Assembly: GCA_026914245.1 (NCBI GenBank)
Contig: CP110440.1
Location: 1,116,001 to 1,180,000 of the forward strand
Direction of reading: 5' to 3'
DNA from: Puccinia triticina
Taxonomy: Eukaryota
DNA: 64,000 nucleotides
In this document: positions 36,690 to 49,727 of the stretch, piece after piece
How positions within the stretch are numbered: position 1 is the stretch's first letter
How the letters are laid out: each line of letters begins with the position of its first letter
Notes under the pieces: model-generated
Told to the model about the DNA's origin: nothing
What the model saw: the letters and a program-made list of their open reading frames with translations, nothing else
Database searches by the model: none
Position numbers and translations under genes: made by a program

Positions 36690-38026
36690 ATGGGTGAAAT
36701 GTCGGAGTGGACAGCCCAAACCTGCCAAGACGGTCACGAACCAAGAGCGAGTGCGAAATCTTCAAGCCGATCCCCCACGACGCAGGTCATCAACCTGACG
36801 CAAAACAAACTATCGGGTGATATCATCGAGCTCGATATCATGTTGGACCCGGTAGCATTAGCTATTCGAGTTGAGTTTCCAGAATGACTCCTCTTTATTC
36901 GATGCTCTCCATCTCACCCGATCCTTTGTAGGTAGGCCTCAGCTGAATTGATCGCTCAAGGGATCGATGAATCGCATCCAGACTTTCTGGTCTCGGTAGG
37001 TGACACTAGGTGAGTACTTCTGAAGCTCAACGCTAAGGGCATTCCACTTCTGACTCCAGATATATAAGCTAATCTCTGCGGGTACTTACGTCTGATGACC
37101 AGATGGCGAATTCAGATTAGAAGATCCGCAGATTTGACACCCGAACTGAAGAAAGAATGCTTTGAGATTTTTGAATCTAACATGAAACAGATGTGGGCTT
37201 TACTTTCATCCTCACCGAATAAGTTGATATCGAATGATGGCCGAGAATTCGTGAACGCCCTGAAGTTTTCTTCTCCTTTTCTCGCTTCCACGAACTCTCT
37301 AGATATCTGAAGAGCTCCCATGGCTATAAACCGAAAGCAAAGAAAAGAGAATTATTTCATCCTGACTCCCGGTTTTTGTTAGCCTCAACACCCGACGAAG
37401 GCAAATCACTATTACCAGTGCATGGCTTTCTGATGTGGAGATTCGATTTCGAAGAGTGCTTCAGTCCAGAAGAAGGTATGGTTGAAGTTGCTTACTGGTT
37501 CGTCAGGTTACTTCCTACTCAAATTTTAGGCACTTGGGTACCTGTCCTAACTAAACGCTATCATCTACGAAATCGGTCTAGTTACGAAATCCAGCTCAAG
37601 CCCGAAACCAGGGGAAAAGGTCTAGGGAAACTCTTAATGGAAATACTAGAGCGAATCGGCTCAAGTTGGGCTATGAAAAAACTAATGCTCACCGTCCAAA
37701 CTGGTACCTGGATATTTCTCTCCCCCTCTCCGGACGACTCGATGAGATATCCGCAGACTGACTTCTAATTTTCCTCGCACCTCGTCATACATCAAGAAAA
37801 TGAAAACGCCGTCCAGTTCTATCGCTCCTTAAAGTTTGTGTTTGAAATATCTCTCCCCGCTTCGCATCCTCCATGTTCAAACAAAGACTGACTCTCATTC
37901 CCTGGCGATTTTTGGCCGGTCTGCCTTGTTGATAGTTTCTTGCCTGATGAAATTTCTCCCTCTCAAGTTGAACAGCCAGAAGGAGAACCGAAGGCAGATT
38001 ACGAAATACTCTCAAAAACGTTGTAA
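36690..38026 (+). CDS. NAA40: N-alpha-acetyltransferase 40 (NatD, histone H4/H2A N-terminal), multi-exon; start codon uncertain
   Basis: FEIFESNMKQM, KKRELFHPDSRFLL, GFLMWRFDFEE, YEIQLKPETRGKGLGKLLM, KLMLTVQ, NENAVQFY and DYEILSKTL*. Confidence 0.87.
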
Positions 38027-41000
38027 CCTCTCATGCAAGCGCAGATTCCCTATAGAGCCTGTTATGGTGCAAAAGTATCTCAAAGGTAAAAGTACATTGG
38101 CTTTCCAATTCAAGAGGCAACTTTAGTCCGAACGATTACCTAACCCAAGTCTCTCCACTCTTCGAGAGGTGGAAGGCCGTCCAGAGATCTATGCCTCAGG
38201 TCACAATTAGTGCCTCAGGAAGAATCACGTTTTTGTCGTTTTGCCTTGCTTGTGTTAAAGCCCTGCTACTTGGTGGCGAAAAGACCTAGCATCTTCTGCG
38301 TTTTGTGCCATTCTCCAATTTGCAATAGCGCTACGAACGGGTCGATGGGTACAAACCATCGACCGGAAGGAATCGCATCCAGTCGTGCAACAGAATTGAT
38401 CGGAAGTGGTTCCTCCCGGTCAATGAGTACAACCTTGTCGATGGGAAGGAGTCGCTGCCGGTGGATGGTAGCACTCGCCGGGCTACAGATTGTAGTGGAG
38501 ACTGTTGTCACGCAGCGGGGTCAGACTCAAGCGACAATATTAATGATGAACTCGCCAGCTCCACAGCCAAAGTCCTTCTTAAGCCGCACCCACAAGGTCT
38601 GGCGAGTACACAGCGGGGCAGATCGAGAAAAAGTTCAGCGTCCAGACGGCGCCCCGGCATGGGGGCATGGCGCCATAGGGCCGTCATGGTGGGGTCTCAC
38701 TGCGACGGACCGGCAGGGGTGACGGCAATCCGGTGCGTCAGCCGTCCGGCGTCCTGGGGTCGCAAGCGTCCCCATGGCACCAACATGGATGGGCGTACTG
38801 GGGGCCGTCCCGCCCTCGACCCCTCGACCCGATCGTGCTCCGTCATGATGGCACCTCTGAGGCCTCCGTGATGCCAGATGCCTCAGGCGCTGTACCTTAT
38901 ACCGCCCATCGGTCTCCATTTTTTCAAACTAACACTAAGCCAAAGGCATTTTCTTGAAGAAAAGAAATAGTGATAATTGAACTCAGTGGACCACAGTAGA
39001 CCTCAGACAGCATCAATTTTCACTCCTGACATACTATATGAGAGTAAACAACCCTTATTCAGCACACCAAACATGATTTATAATACTCATTTATCACTTT
39101 ATATCTTGCTTGATTGCTTCAACTCATCACTCAACCACTCTTGATTCTCTTCTTTTTAATGGTTTGTCTGCTTATATGTTTATTTCCTGTCTCATTATGA
39201 TGTCTATGATAATGAAATGAGAGATCTTGGGAGGACATCTGCCTGGGGACTTGAAATAATTTATAATTTCCATCATAATAAGAAAAGGTAAAAAACATCT
39301 ATTTTCTTCATCCCAAAGCTTGTGACAGTGTCTGGTTTGAGTGCAAAAATTCAAGGTAAGCAATTTAGTTTAGCTTAATGAAGTTTGTATTTAGTGTATT
39401 TAGTGTAGTGTAGTGTAGTGTAGCGTATGTTGTCACTAGCTACGCTAAATGGATGCAAGAATGTTGTTATCTTAGAATGAGTTACACTAATATATGGTTT
39501 AGCACTGATTATTCAAATCTAACAATTTTTTTTTTGAAATGAAATAATTATAACTATGCTGACTGTTAGTGTAGCAGATTTTAACTCTATCTAACACTAA
39601 ATGAATCCTGGAGGAAAAAATGGCTGCTATGCTAAGAGATTTTGGTCAAATAGCATAGTTTGGTGTAGCAACCCACTCACCATGAAAGAATTCATGTGAA
39701 TAGGGCTCAGGTGACATTCAGTAAAATATGTTGAAATTGCAGTGGTAACTCCAAAATTACTCCCCTTGGATAACAATGGCCCCTTTGTGATGAATTTTCA
39801 GCAGAGGCTGGGGAAACACAAGGGAAAAACAGGCCTGAGGAGGAAAGCTCAAGGCCAAGAACAAAAAACAAGGAAGCCCACGAAGGGGCTAAGCTGCTTA
39901 GCTGTGAAGAGGAAAAAGGCCCTTCACTACAAGAGACTCTCAGGTCTCAGGGAACAGGCGCAGGAACTGATGAGTTTCATTGTCAGGATGTGCACACTAT
40001 ATGAATATTACAACTAGGGGCCAGGTTGTGGGCAGAAGGTGGAACTGCATATTCATATGAAGGGAGAGAAGGGAGTGACATATGGGTGAAAGGGAGAGAA
40101 AACGGGAGAGAGAGATGTGGAGTTTCAACACTTTGTCATCATCAGGAGGTTCCACCACTTTTCACTAAGTGTATGATTGGAGTAAAGGCCGGAGTTAGCT
40201 TCATTCCAACTGCCACCTTATAGTCCCCTCAGCTTTTTCATGGTGGTGGTTGTCTGCCAGAGGCCACCACCCAGGCCAAACAGATCCACCAATTTGATTA
40301 TCATGGAAATGGCAGAGTAAGTTACTCATCCTATCCACCCCTCCCCAAATCACTAACCCACACTGATTGGGCCACCCTCATCCCCTGACCCCCACTCAGG
40401 AGTTCATGCAGAGTGCTGCCTGGGAAGCCATGTTGCTACCTGACATTGAGGCCTACACAAGGGATGGCTGCAAACATTCCGTCTTCTGCCTGGTCATGGT
40501 AAGCAAGCCCCTTATCTCCCCACCACACATGCCCTGTGTACTTTGCCTAACCTCCCCCAATCCGCCAGGCAACCATCAAAACCCAACCCCCGGCCGTCCT
40601 CCATGCACACTACCGCGCCTGGGTTTGCTGCTTGCCTGCGCCTAGTGGTAAACCACACCAAAGCTGAGGTGCACCGCCAGATCAAGAACATCAGTCACCA
40701 AGTGAGGAACATCCTCTTGACAGGAATCATCACGCAGACAAACAGTGACCTACCTGCCATCCATACTATCAACAGGTGCACCTGAGAGTGGCAGTTCCTC
40801 ATGGGCAGCCCAACATTGGCCAATGCTGAGATTGATACAAGGTTGTCACAAATGGAAAACATAATGCTCAAGACCCAGTTTTCCTTCCTTTGACTGGCAA
40901 CCATTGAAAATCATTTTGACCCAGCCTCCCGGGCTGTATTGCCATGGGAGTAAATTGACCACCACCCAAATACTGTTTGCCTGTGTGGTGGTGATTCCCC

Positions 41001-41065
41001 TGCTGCATAAGCATCTGTGCCCCCTCTCCCTTCTTTTTACATAATTGGTGTGCTGACCTCCCTTG

Positions 41066-42020
41066 TAGGGGTGAGCGTGGGTTGGGTTGACCCATGAACC
41101 CACCCAGGTCTGGGGCGGGGCGGGTCAGCCGGATGCCCATTTTTGACCTGGATGGGCCGACCCACTGGGTGGCCCGTTGTGGGTTGGGTCATGGGTTTTT
41201 GGGGATGGGTCAGCCCATGGGTACCCACTGAGACTCGGTTCACCATGGTGATATGAGTGATCCAGGAATCTGAAACTCAGGAGTTGCTCCAGAAGCATAA
41301 TGAAGATGAAGACAACTTGGCCTTCCAACAGCATCTTGCTAAGACCAAAGGTGTTGAATTGACTGGGACCCCAACCAGAGAGCTTGATCTTTACCTTCAA
41401 GAGGCAAACATCTCAATCTCAAAGGGAACCCAATTTGACATACTCGAATGGTGGGACTTAAATTCAATGTGGTTTACAACCCTTGCTCAACTTGCTTGAG
41501 CAATTTTGAGTATCCCAGCAACCTCTGTTGCATCCAAAGCAGCGTTCTCCACCTCCGGCCGAGTCCTACACAAATACTAAAGCCGCCTCAATCCTGATAC
41601 ACTTGAGGTGCTTGTCTGCACTCAAGATTGGCTCAAAGATAACAACAAGGATCATGACACATCTGAAGAATAGAAGTGCTTCACAATGTACAAATGCTTT
41701 TATTTTATTTTTTCTCACGAGTTCAACACACCCAGATCTCATTAATTTTTTTTTTCTTTCAATCACCTCTCTGGACCAACCCATGGGTTGGCCCATGACC
41801 CAACCCGCCCCGACCCCCTCCACTTGGGATGGGTCGGGTCATGGGGCAGGTCTTCATATTTTAAATCTCTGACCCAACCCGCCCCGACCCATTTTAAATC
41901 TCTGACCCAACCCACCCCAACCCATTTTAAATCTCTGACCCAACCCGCCCCAACCCATTTAAAAACGGGGCAGGGCGGGTTGGCATTTTTCCGACCCAAC
42001 CCTGCCCATCCTCATCCCTA
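41066..42020 (+). mobile_element. Internally deleted hAT transposon retaining the C-terminal dimerisation domain
   Basis: TIR TAGGGGTGAG / CTCATCCCTA and perfect 8-bp TSD CTCCCTTG. Coding remnant ELDLYLQE...DILEWW...LA*AILSIPATSVASKAAFSTSGRVL...RLNPDTLEVLVCTQDWL (about 41257-41670). About 3 x 33-bp subterminal repeats near 41860-41960. Confidence 0.92.
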
Positions 42021-43233
42021 CTCCCTTGCCATTTGCAGTTGGGCCCACCTCATGTGCCAGATGGATTTTTGCCTGTTTGGGTCAAGCCCCATGTTGGCGG
42101 ACCTCAACCCAGCAGAATGTGTCTGCCCCACAATTGATAAAGTGGACACCCTTGCTGCTGAAATTGCAGACAAAAATGCTTGAGACTTTTCCCCTCTTAT
42201 CCCCACACCCCACACCACTCGGCCTCTTACACCAGGAAACGTAAACTGTCACTAGACTACAGGTGATATCAGCCTAAGTTCAATGAGCTACCCACCAGCT
42301 GCACAGCTGTCCACATGGACAGCCACCTGTAGGAAACAGAGGTGCCATTGTAGCATAGTTGCAGTAGCACCAGAAGAGGAAAAAAGCAGCAGCCATTGTT
42401 GCTTGATATCACCTGATGTCTGGTGATTTCAGCTGTGGGTTACTCCAGGGTGGATGAGAATCTACTTGATAGATTCTTACTGGTATCAACCAGTGGCTCT
42501 AGATTGTAGGAAGGGTTGAATCTGGTCCAAGGTGTTCACTCCCAGAAGCTGAGAAGTTTTGAGAAGTTCAGGCTTGAGGTTCCAGACAGTGATATGTAGA
42601 TATGTATGTGCTGGTCAAGCAAGCTGGAAGTAGTGATATGTAGATATATCTTCAAGCTCAAGAGGAATGATTAAATAAAATGAGGTTATTATTTTTGTCT
42701 CTTCTGAAAGTCTGGGGAACAATAGAATCCAGAGAGTACAACTTATAAGTTCTATCATACAAGTTTCACTAGATAGAAGCATAAAGTTAATAACAAGAGA
42801 GGTGAAAGTGAAACAGATGTGAAACTTGTTAATCAAGTGAAACAGATGTGAAGATTAGTATGAGCAAAATTGAAAAAGATGTGAAACTTGGGATGAATGC
42901 AGATGGTGTAGTAAAAACTGATACAGCTATCTAAGGGGTAGAAAGGTTTTACTTGCCAGCTGACAGGTGACAATTTATTTTTCCTGGTGTTACATCCCGC
43001 AGGTGTTGATTGGCTTATGTGAGCCTGTGTATAGGCCCTGTCTCCCTTCAATTGGCTTGCTTGCCAATTGAAGGGAGGTAGAGGGAGGTGGGGACTCAGG
43101 AGTCCTCCTCCCCCCCTCCCCCCCAGGCCCCCCCTCCCCCCCAGGCCCCCACTCCCCGCTGGTCAAAGGGGAAGAGAGCTTGCACCTCTCTGCCCTCTTT
43201 GGCCGGGATGGGCTGTACTATGTGCATAATGTA

Positions 43234-43744
43234 CAGTCACTGGACAGAAACATTGGTACCCCCCAAAAGCTCATTCTAGAAGGCCAACCCACAAACTTGA
43301 AGTCATGAGGATTCAAGAATGAGTGTGAAAAACGACTTCAGAAGAATGAATATAACAAAATAAAAAGTATTTGAAACATCACAAAATTTACAAAATTGCT
43401 TGCATTAAATGACAATTTTGGAAAATCTTCAATAACATTCCAAAAAAATGATGAATAATCAGAATCCACAGATTGAAATGTGAAATGGATGATAATAAAT
43501 GAAAAAAATCAAGTCCAAAATCCACTCTGAAATTTTGTGGGCAGTGAAAACACATCAAAAAGTACCAAACTGCACTCCAGCCAACAAAATTTTTTTGTGA
43601 TGTTCCAAATACTTTTTATTTTGTTATATTCATTCTTCTGAAGTCATTTTGCACACTCATTCTTGAATCCTCATGACTTCAAGTTTGTGGGTTGGCCTTC
43701 TAGAATGAGCTTTTGGGGGTACCAATGTATCTGTCCAGTGACTG
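43234..43744. mobile_element. Tc1/mariner-type MITE with ~155-bp TIRs and TA TSD
   Basis: TA|CAGTCACTGGACAG...CTGTCCAGTGACTG|TA; near-perfect inverted arms. Confidence 0.9.
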
Positions 43745-43774
43745 TACATATAACAATAATTTACTATGTACATT

Positions 43775-43927
43775 AGGGGGTTTCAAAGTAGACTCGCGCG
43801 TGCATGCAGGTCACTTTGCATAACCCAGTTTTGCGGGGAGACTGCAAGTCAACGTTCAACATTTGAGTTGAATGCCGGCTTGCCTTGCCTTGCAAGTGGC
43901 ATGCGCGGGTCCACTTTGAATCCCACT
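43775..43927. mobile_element. 153-bp MITE with ATT TSD
   Basis: AGGGGGTTTCAAAGTAGACTCGCGCGTGC / GCATGCGCGGGTCCACTTTGAATCCCACT; ATT on both flanks. Confidence 0.65.
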
Positions 43928-44599
43928 ATTATGTACATAGGACATGGGCGTGCACCCGCACACCCTTGAACACCTATGCAGGGGCCTGCGCGCATTTTGG
44001 GTCCCACACTGTGGGCTAAAATAGGGTGTGTGCCCCCACATGCCCTTTTGAAAGGGCATGGGCGTGGGCGTGCCCCAGGAGGGAGGTGTCCATTTATCAA
44101 TGCCCACATCCCCCGTCTTGCACCAGATTGCCCCCCATACCCTGTCTACATTCCTCCTTGTGTGTATCTCAGTAGACCCCCTATACCCCCTGGATTGCAA
44201 TGGCACCAAATCAACCCCCATTTATGAAACACCTGCAACGTGAAGGCCGTGGCCAGGCATCCTGGCCACCCATGTCCACCCCAAGCTGCCCCCGTGTGCG
44301 CCCAAATTTCTGCCCATGAGACCATTCCAAATCCATGAATAATTGACCTGTGGGCTCTGTTGCATCCTTTGTGGTATGCCATATCATAAAAATCAAAATT
44401 TTCTGCTTTTCTTTTCTATTTCTATTAGTTTAACTATCAATCTCCCTTTTCCTATTATAAATCACTTAATACTCCTCAAGATTCGGATTATATGGCTACG
44501 CTTGCCCTACAGAAAACTCATAAGGGCACTCAAAGTTACATACTCTTACACACTTTCAACACCCCTTACAACCTCAATCAGTTACACAAACCACATTTA

Positions 44600-45246
44600 C
44601 AAAACTTAGTTTACACACATGGTCACATACATAGCTACATACATATTTAAATACACAAGCGCACTACATACAGCTGCATCATCAGTTACATAAATACAGT
44701 GTGCACATGCAGTCACTTCTGCATATGCTAGCTGCATGCGCATGTGCTAGTAGATTTTTGTTGCATAAAAACAGCAGGTGACCTGGTTACAGCATGACTA
44801 CACTTACATCCTGTCCTGACCAATCACACCTCCTGATTCAGCCTGCAGATCACATCCCATAATCACATGTACAGTTCTGAACCAATCACATTCACACATT
44901 CAGCATATGTACTAGCCAAAACCCCTCATGTACCTAGCTAAAATACCTCATGTGGTGATCTTCTGGAGCTAAAATCCCTGACTGTTGTCTATAAAAGGAG
45001 GCTCTCCTCCCCTGTTGTGACTTTCCCCCAGCAGACTACCTGCACTCAGTTTCCCCTATAACAAGTACACAACTGCTCACTCCACAATATATCAGTCACT
45101 CTATATTTTGGTTTTACACACATTACAACACTTACACACAAAATAAAAACTCTACACAACACTTACATTTACATCACACAACTCTCTGAGGGGTCCTCTT
45201 TGGCCAAATATCCCCTGGTTGAGGTCCAGAATCCTCACTCATAACA
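44600..45246 (+). repeat. Possible LTR-like remnant; left boundary unresolved
   Basis: CCAATCAC motifs, TATAAAAGG followed by a C/T-rich leader, AATAAA, and an end ...CATAACA. No second LTR or TSD found. Confidence 0.3.
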
Positions 45247-45938
45247 CATTTTAGTAACTTCAACACACCCACTTCATAACATCAGTTATCTTTTGATAAC
45301 ACTCCACCATCACTATATTAAATCTGCCAATCTGCGATTGGTGGTATTTTTTTGGTGTCTAGTGAATTTCCTCATACATCCCTTTCTGCATGCAGCAGAA
45401 GGTTCTCCATGCTGCCCAACTGCTGCAGGCCCCATGGCTCTCAGATGAGATGGGGTTGCCTATCTGCCGCCCACAATGTCCAGGAACTGGCATCCCATCA
45501 AACGTCCCCAGGGCGCCTCCAACTTGCCCTTGACCATGTCTCCTACCACACAAATAGGGGATCCTACTTGTGCTTGCAGGAAGCCCCTTCAGACACCCTC
45601 TTACAGTCAGCCCTGTGAAGAAAGTGGCTTGGGGAATCGGTGAGATGTGTGTAATGGTGATGGTAATGATGATAATGTGCCTCCAGAAGAGGAGACTATG
45701 TCTACTCCACAGGAGAGTGCCACAGCTGAGAAGACTGTGACCCAGGTCACAATGGCGCCTGGCCAGCGAGCTGCACGGAGCCCCAATTGATGCCACTGCA
45801 ACATCCAGACAAACGGCAAGGAAAGAAACTCGGGCCACCCAAAGCAGGCATTCCCACCGCGACATGAGGCTGCCACAATTGTGTTTTCGAGGGGGCCACC
45901 ACAACACCCAAACTACCACCTTCAAAACCCCCTACATG

Positions 45939-46050
45939 CACCAGGAAAAAAGAATGATCACTTGCCAACAATTGACATAGCAAAGTAAAAAGGGGCCTTT
46001 GTACTTTTTGATGTCACTTGCAGACAAGTGATCATTGTTTTTTCCTGGTG
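45939..46050. repeat. Inverted repeat, probably a decayed MITE
   Basis: CACCAGGAAAAAAGAATGATCACTTG ... CAAGTGATCATTGTTTTTTCCTGGTG. Confidence 0.6.
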
Positions 46051-46765
46051 ATGAAAGTTGTGGTATACAGAAATGTGAAAAATCAAAAATTCTTTCTAAT
46101 ACATATAGAGGGTTGGAAAAACGACTCCTGTTTTTTGGGAAAAATACTCCTCTACGTCACTGTAAGGGTGTTCTTAATCAAACAGGAAATATTACCTTTC
46201 CTTGCAGAAATTAGTGCATGTTTTTCCCAGTGGTCCCTTTTACTCTTTCATGGTCCAACCAAATACCAAATCCATACAATTTAATCCAATTCAGAATCCT
46301 ATACTCACCCTGGCCACCACTCTTACTGAGGTTTTTTCTGCCTCTTGTTCCCCATTAATATAAGAGTCAAGAGTCCCATAATCTCTGAGTGTCAGGTGAC
46401 ATGAGCTGATGTTGAACTAATTAAACATATCCCTGATTAAATTTGAACCCAAAAGGGGAGGTGCATGTACATCCTTGTTTGTTCTACATATTTCAACCTA
46501 AACATCTAAAGACCACAAGACCAATCAATCTCTCTAAGCACAGCCTTAACCCTGATTCATGAAATAGTTGTGTCCACTGTTCATAATAGCCTCCCCTGTA
46601 GATTTTCTTGGTCACTTTCATCAGCAGTGGTCCACTAAAGTGCCAGAGTGATTGTGATTAGTCTAGTGGGTGTTATTTATTTTTCACATATGTGGGATGT
46701 TGTTAACATCAAGCCTTTTTTGTGTTCCATGTGCTGATTTTACACTAAAGTAAACCAATTATAAT

Positions 46766-46968
46766 AGGGGGGTTCACAATAGGATAAAAATAAAACTTTG
46801 GAGCCAATTTTAAGCCCTTTATGGACAACATTTTTAAAAATGAAGAAGTGTCTCTGATTGTCAAGGGACACTCAATCCTGTACATCTTGCCAAATTTTTA
46901 AAAAGTTGTTGATAAAGGCCTTAAAATTGGCTCTAAAGTTTTATCTTTATCCTATTGTGAACCCCTCT
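46766..46968. mobile_element. 203-bp MITE with AAT TSD
   Basis: AGGGGGGTTCACAATAGGATAAA... / ...TTTATCCTATTGTGAACCCCTCT with ~75-bp arms; AAT on both flanks. Confidence 0.8.
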
Positions 46969-46971
46969 AAT

Positions 46972-47116
46972 GGAGGACTTCCCATTGGTTCTGCAGCAGC
47001 CCCTGCAGAACCAGATTTAGTCCAAGTAGAACCAGATTTCCGAGTGGTGACAGGCTACAGGTTAGCTGTAAATCTGGTTTTAATCCAACTGAATCTGGTT
47101 CTGGAGATGGTCTTCC
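46972..47116. mobile_element. 145-bp MITE related to 15283-15428, AAT flanks
   Basis: Starts with GGAGGACTTCCC like the 15283 element. Internal inverted CCAGATT/AATCTGG arrays, degenerate right end GGTCTTCC, AAT on both sides. Confidence 0.55.
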
Positions 47117-48243
47117 AATCATCTTTATTGGCCAGACATATGTTAAAATCAAGGGTATTGGTGTTATAGCTAGGATGACGCATCCATCTGGACAGCCTTC
47201 AAGCTTGTAAAGCCTTGCATCCAGCAATACTATTGGACAAGAAATTACACCTGGTCTATTTATACCACTTACACAGTCTGCCTTAATCGCTGCTGCTAAC
47301 GATAAAAAAAAGCTTCTGATTTTTGACCCCAAGCTTTCCTGTCCTGGCTGTAGGTGAAATCGACTGAAGTTCTATGTACAGTTTCCCGGATAATAATACT
47401 TATTCAGCTCGGTACCACCATAGTTGTTCACTGGTAGAAGTGAAAATGACTTGGATGAAACAAGAACTTTTCCGGCCAAGCATGGTATTTGCTTGGTCAG
47501 TGTCTGTGCATATGAAAGTTCAACCAGACAATGACAAACATGATCTTCCCTTTTCCCATAAATAAGGGTGGTGTGACCGCAAATCATCCTGTGTGGACTT
47601 CCAGTTGAGCTTCCCTGTGGCACTTCTTATGTGAAGATCTAGTTTCCTTTTATTGGGCTGATGACCAGAGGCATCCGAATAGGCCTGGTTGTGCTACCGA
47701 TGTGATTAGAGGCAGGTTTCCGCGTTGGGAGGGTTGGAGGGTCTATGCTGAGAATGCTTTGTTTTGGAATGTTTGTGGATGTTTGATGTCAACCATCGAG
47801 GATGCGATACTTGAATGAATTCACAGAATACATCCAAGGTCCGACTCATTAGTATTTTCGAGAAAGCCATCTTGCAAGAAGTGGGCGATGGACAACCAAC
47901 AGTGGGGGCTTTTCTAAAATGATCGCATGTGTATGCAGGACCGACAATTCCAATCAAGTTGAGCTCAGTGGATAGGGCCAACCAAGAGTTTCGAAGGATC
48001 CAAAGAAGGGTGGGGTGTGGACGTGGAAGAGATACCAACAGGCGATTCATGATCGAGGTGTTTATTTTTTCGGCAAATGGAGAGAGAAGAGAAGTGCAAG
48101 GATCGAGGGGGATTGTGAGCTGGATGGTAGGTATCAACATGATTCATTGAGACGATCGAGGTCAGACCCCCATGCGAAACTGCGGATGGTGAGATAGGAT
48201 GAGGCGAGGAAGGCGATCAAGCAAAAAAGTGACGATCTCTCGC

Positions 48244-49048
48244 TCAGATCCCACGTGTCCGACCGCGACCACGTCCTCTGCTCCTTCCTCCGCGCTCCAC
48301 ACCACCACGTCCCCTGCCCCGGCCACGCGCATCGCCGTCCTTCTTCCTGCTCGAACCAAATAATTAGATCAGGACTCCTTGCACAGAGGGAGTACTAGGG
48401 AGTGATGATCTGCGAGGCGTACTTTTTGGGTTTAGGTGCATCATCGATCAGCAACGTGTCCAGGGGAAGAGAGTCAGGAAGAATGATGTATCGGACGTTC
48501 GAGCCTCGGATGGAGAGCGAGTCAAGCTGCTGAGGTTCCCGATTCCGGACCGTCATCTTGACCGCCTTGAGATGAGTGTTCATCGCCACATCGACACCTA
48601 CAGAGAGCAGCCAGCGCAGGATCAGGGACAGGGCTCGGTCGGTGGTCATTCAGGGATAGCGTACGGACCAGAAATCGTCCCATGGACTACGGTGCCGTTC
48701 TTCAGCTCGATCGTCACCGTCTCTTGGTTGAGCCTTTAAAAAATCCATTCAATCTTGTCAGCCTCATTCATCGTTCCTTCTTGGTTATCGAACGACAACA
48801 ACAAATAATCAAAAAAGGGACCGCAAATCGATCGATCTTGCTCCTCGTTCGATTTCCACGGTGTAGACGAGTAATTTTTGGAAGAAAAGAAAATGGGAAA
48901 GGGATAGTTTGAACTGACTTCATCAAAAACCTAAAACCAATGCGAAGGGGAGCAAGAGAGGGAGAGATAGATAACAGGAAAGATCAATCAGGAAGCCGAG
49001 CTGGTGGGCAGCAGTGAGGGAGTGAGGGACGGACCTGATCAACTTCAT
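48244..49048 (-). CDS. SMD1: Small nuclear ribonucleoprotein Sm D1, multi-exon
   Basis: [41 protein letters not shown]...[31 protein letters not shown], then an RG-rich tail ending RGRTRGI*. Confidence 0.95.
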
Positions 49049-49727
49049 CCTGGGAACGCGTCGACAGGGTTAAACTGAGGTGTGGATGACTTGATGAGGC
49101 TGTGGGGCGGAGTGGGCGATGGTCGATCGGCCTTGGTGAAATGTGTGCTCGCCGGGCGCCTGCTCGACCCGCGGCGGCGCCCGCAGCCCCGCTGCATCGC
49201 CGCCTCCGCAGCTGGCCACGTCCATCCATGTGGCCCCATAAGGACACCCCCCACCGTTCTTCCAGCAGCATTCAAAAATTCTGTCTTGACAAGAGAGGAT
49301 CCTAAAGAATATTTACGGATACACCCTTGTAAATATATCCAAGCATCTCATGCTCTGGAGAAACCTACAATTCATGCCAGACGCTACCCGGAGTGGGATT
49401 TTCCAAGAATGAATTGGTGTGGAGTGAGCATGGTTCAGACTACGGGGAGTTTTTCAAAAAGCCATTGGATGAAGCTTCTTCTTTATGTATATCCTACTTG
49501 CTTCATGACGGCCCTGCAGGAGTGTGTAAGATGGTTGAAGTAGGTGGTTGCAGCTGTCACATCCCTGTCCTCCCTCTCTCCCCCCTGTGACATCTGCGAA
49601 ACCTTACTCGGACTGCCCGAGCACTCCTCGTCATCACACTCCACCACCCAGCTCCAGATAAATATTTACCACCCACCACCTACCAAGCACACCAGCACTC
49701 CCTCCGAGCTCAGGCCTCCACGTCGAC

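Noticed and set aside
38636..38920. GC-rich block with GACGG/CCGTC motifs resembling a transposon end
   Set aside because: No matching opposite terminus or TSD found.
42540..43160. Degenerate short direct repeats (GTGAAACAGATGTGAA, GTGATATGTAGATAT, CCCCCAGGCCCCC)
   Set aside because: Low-complexity, two to three copies each, with no defined boundaries.
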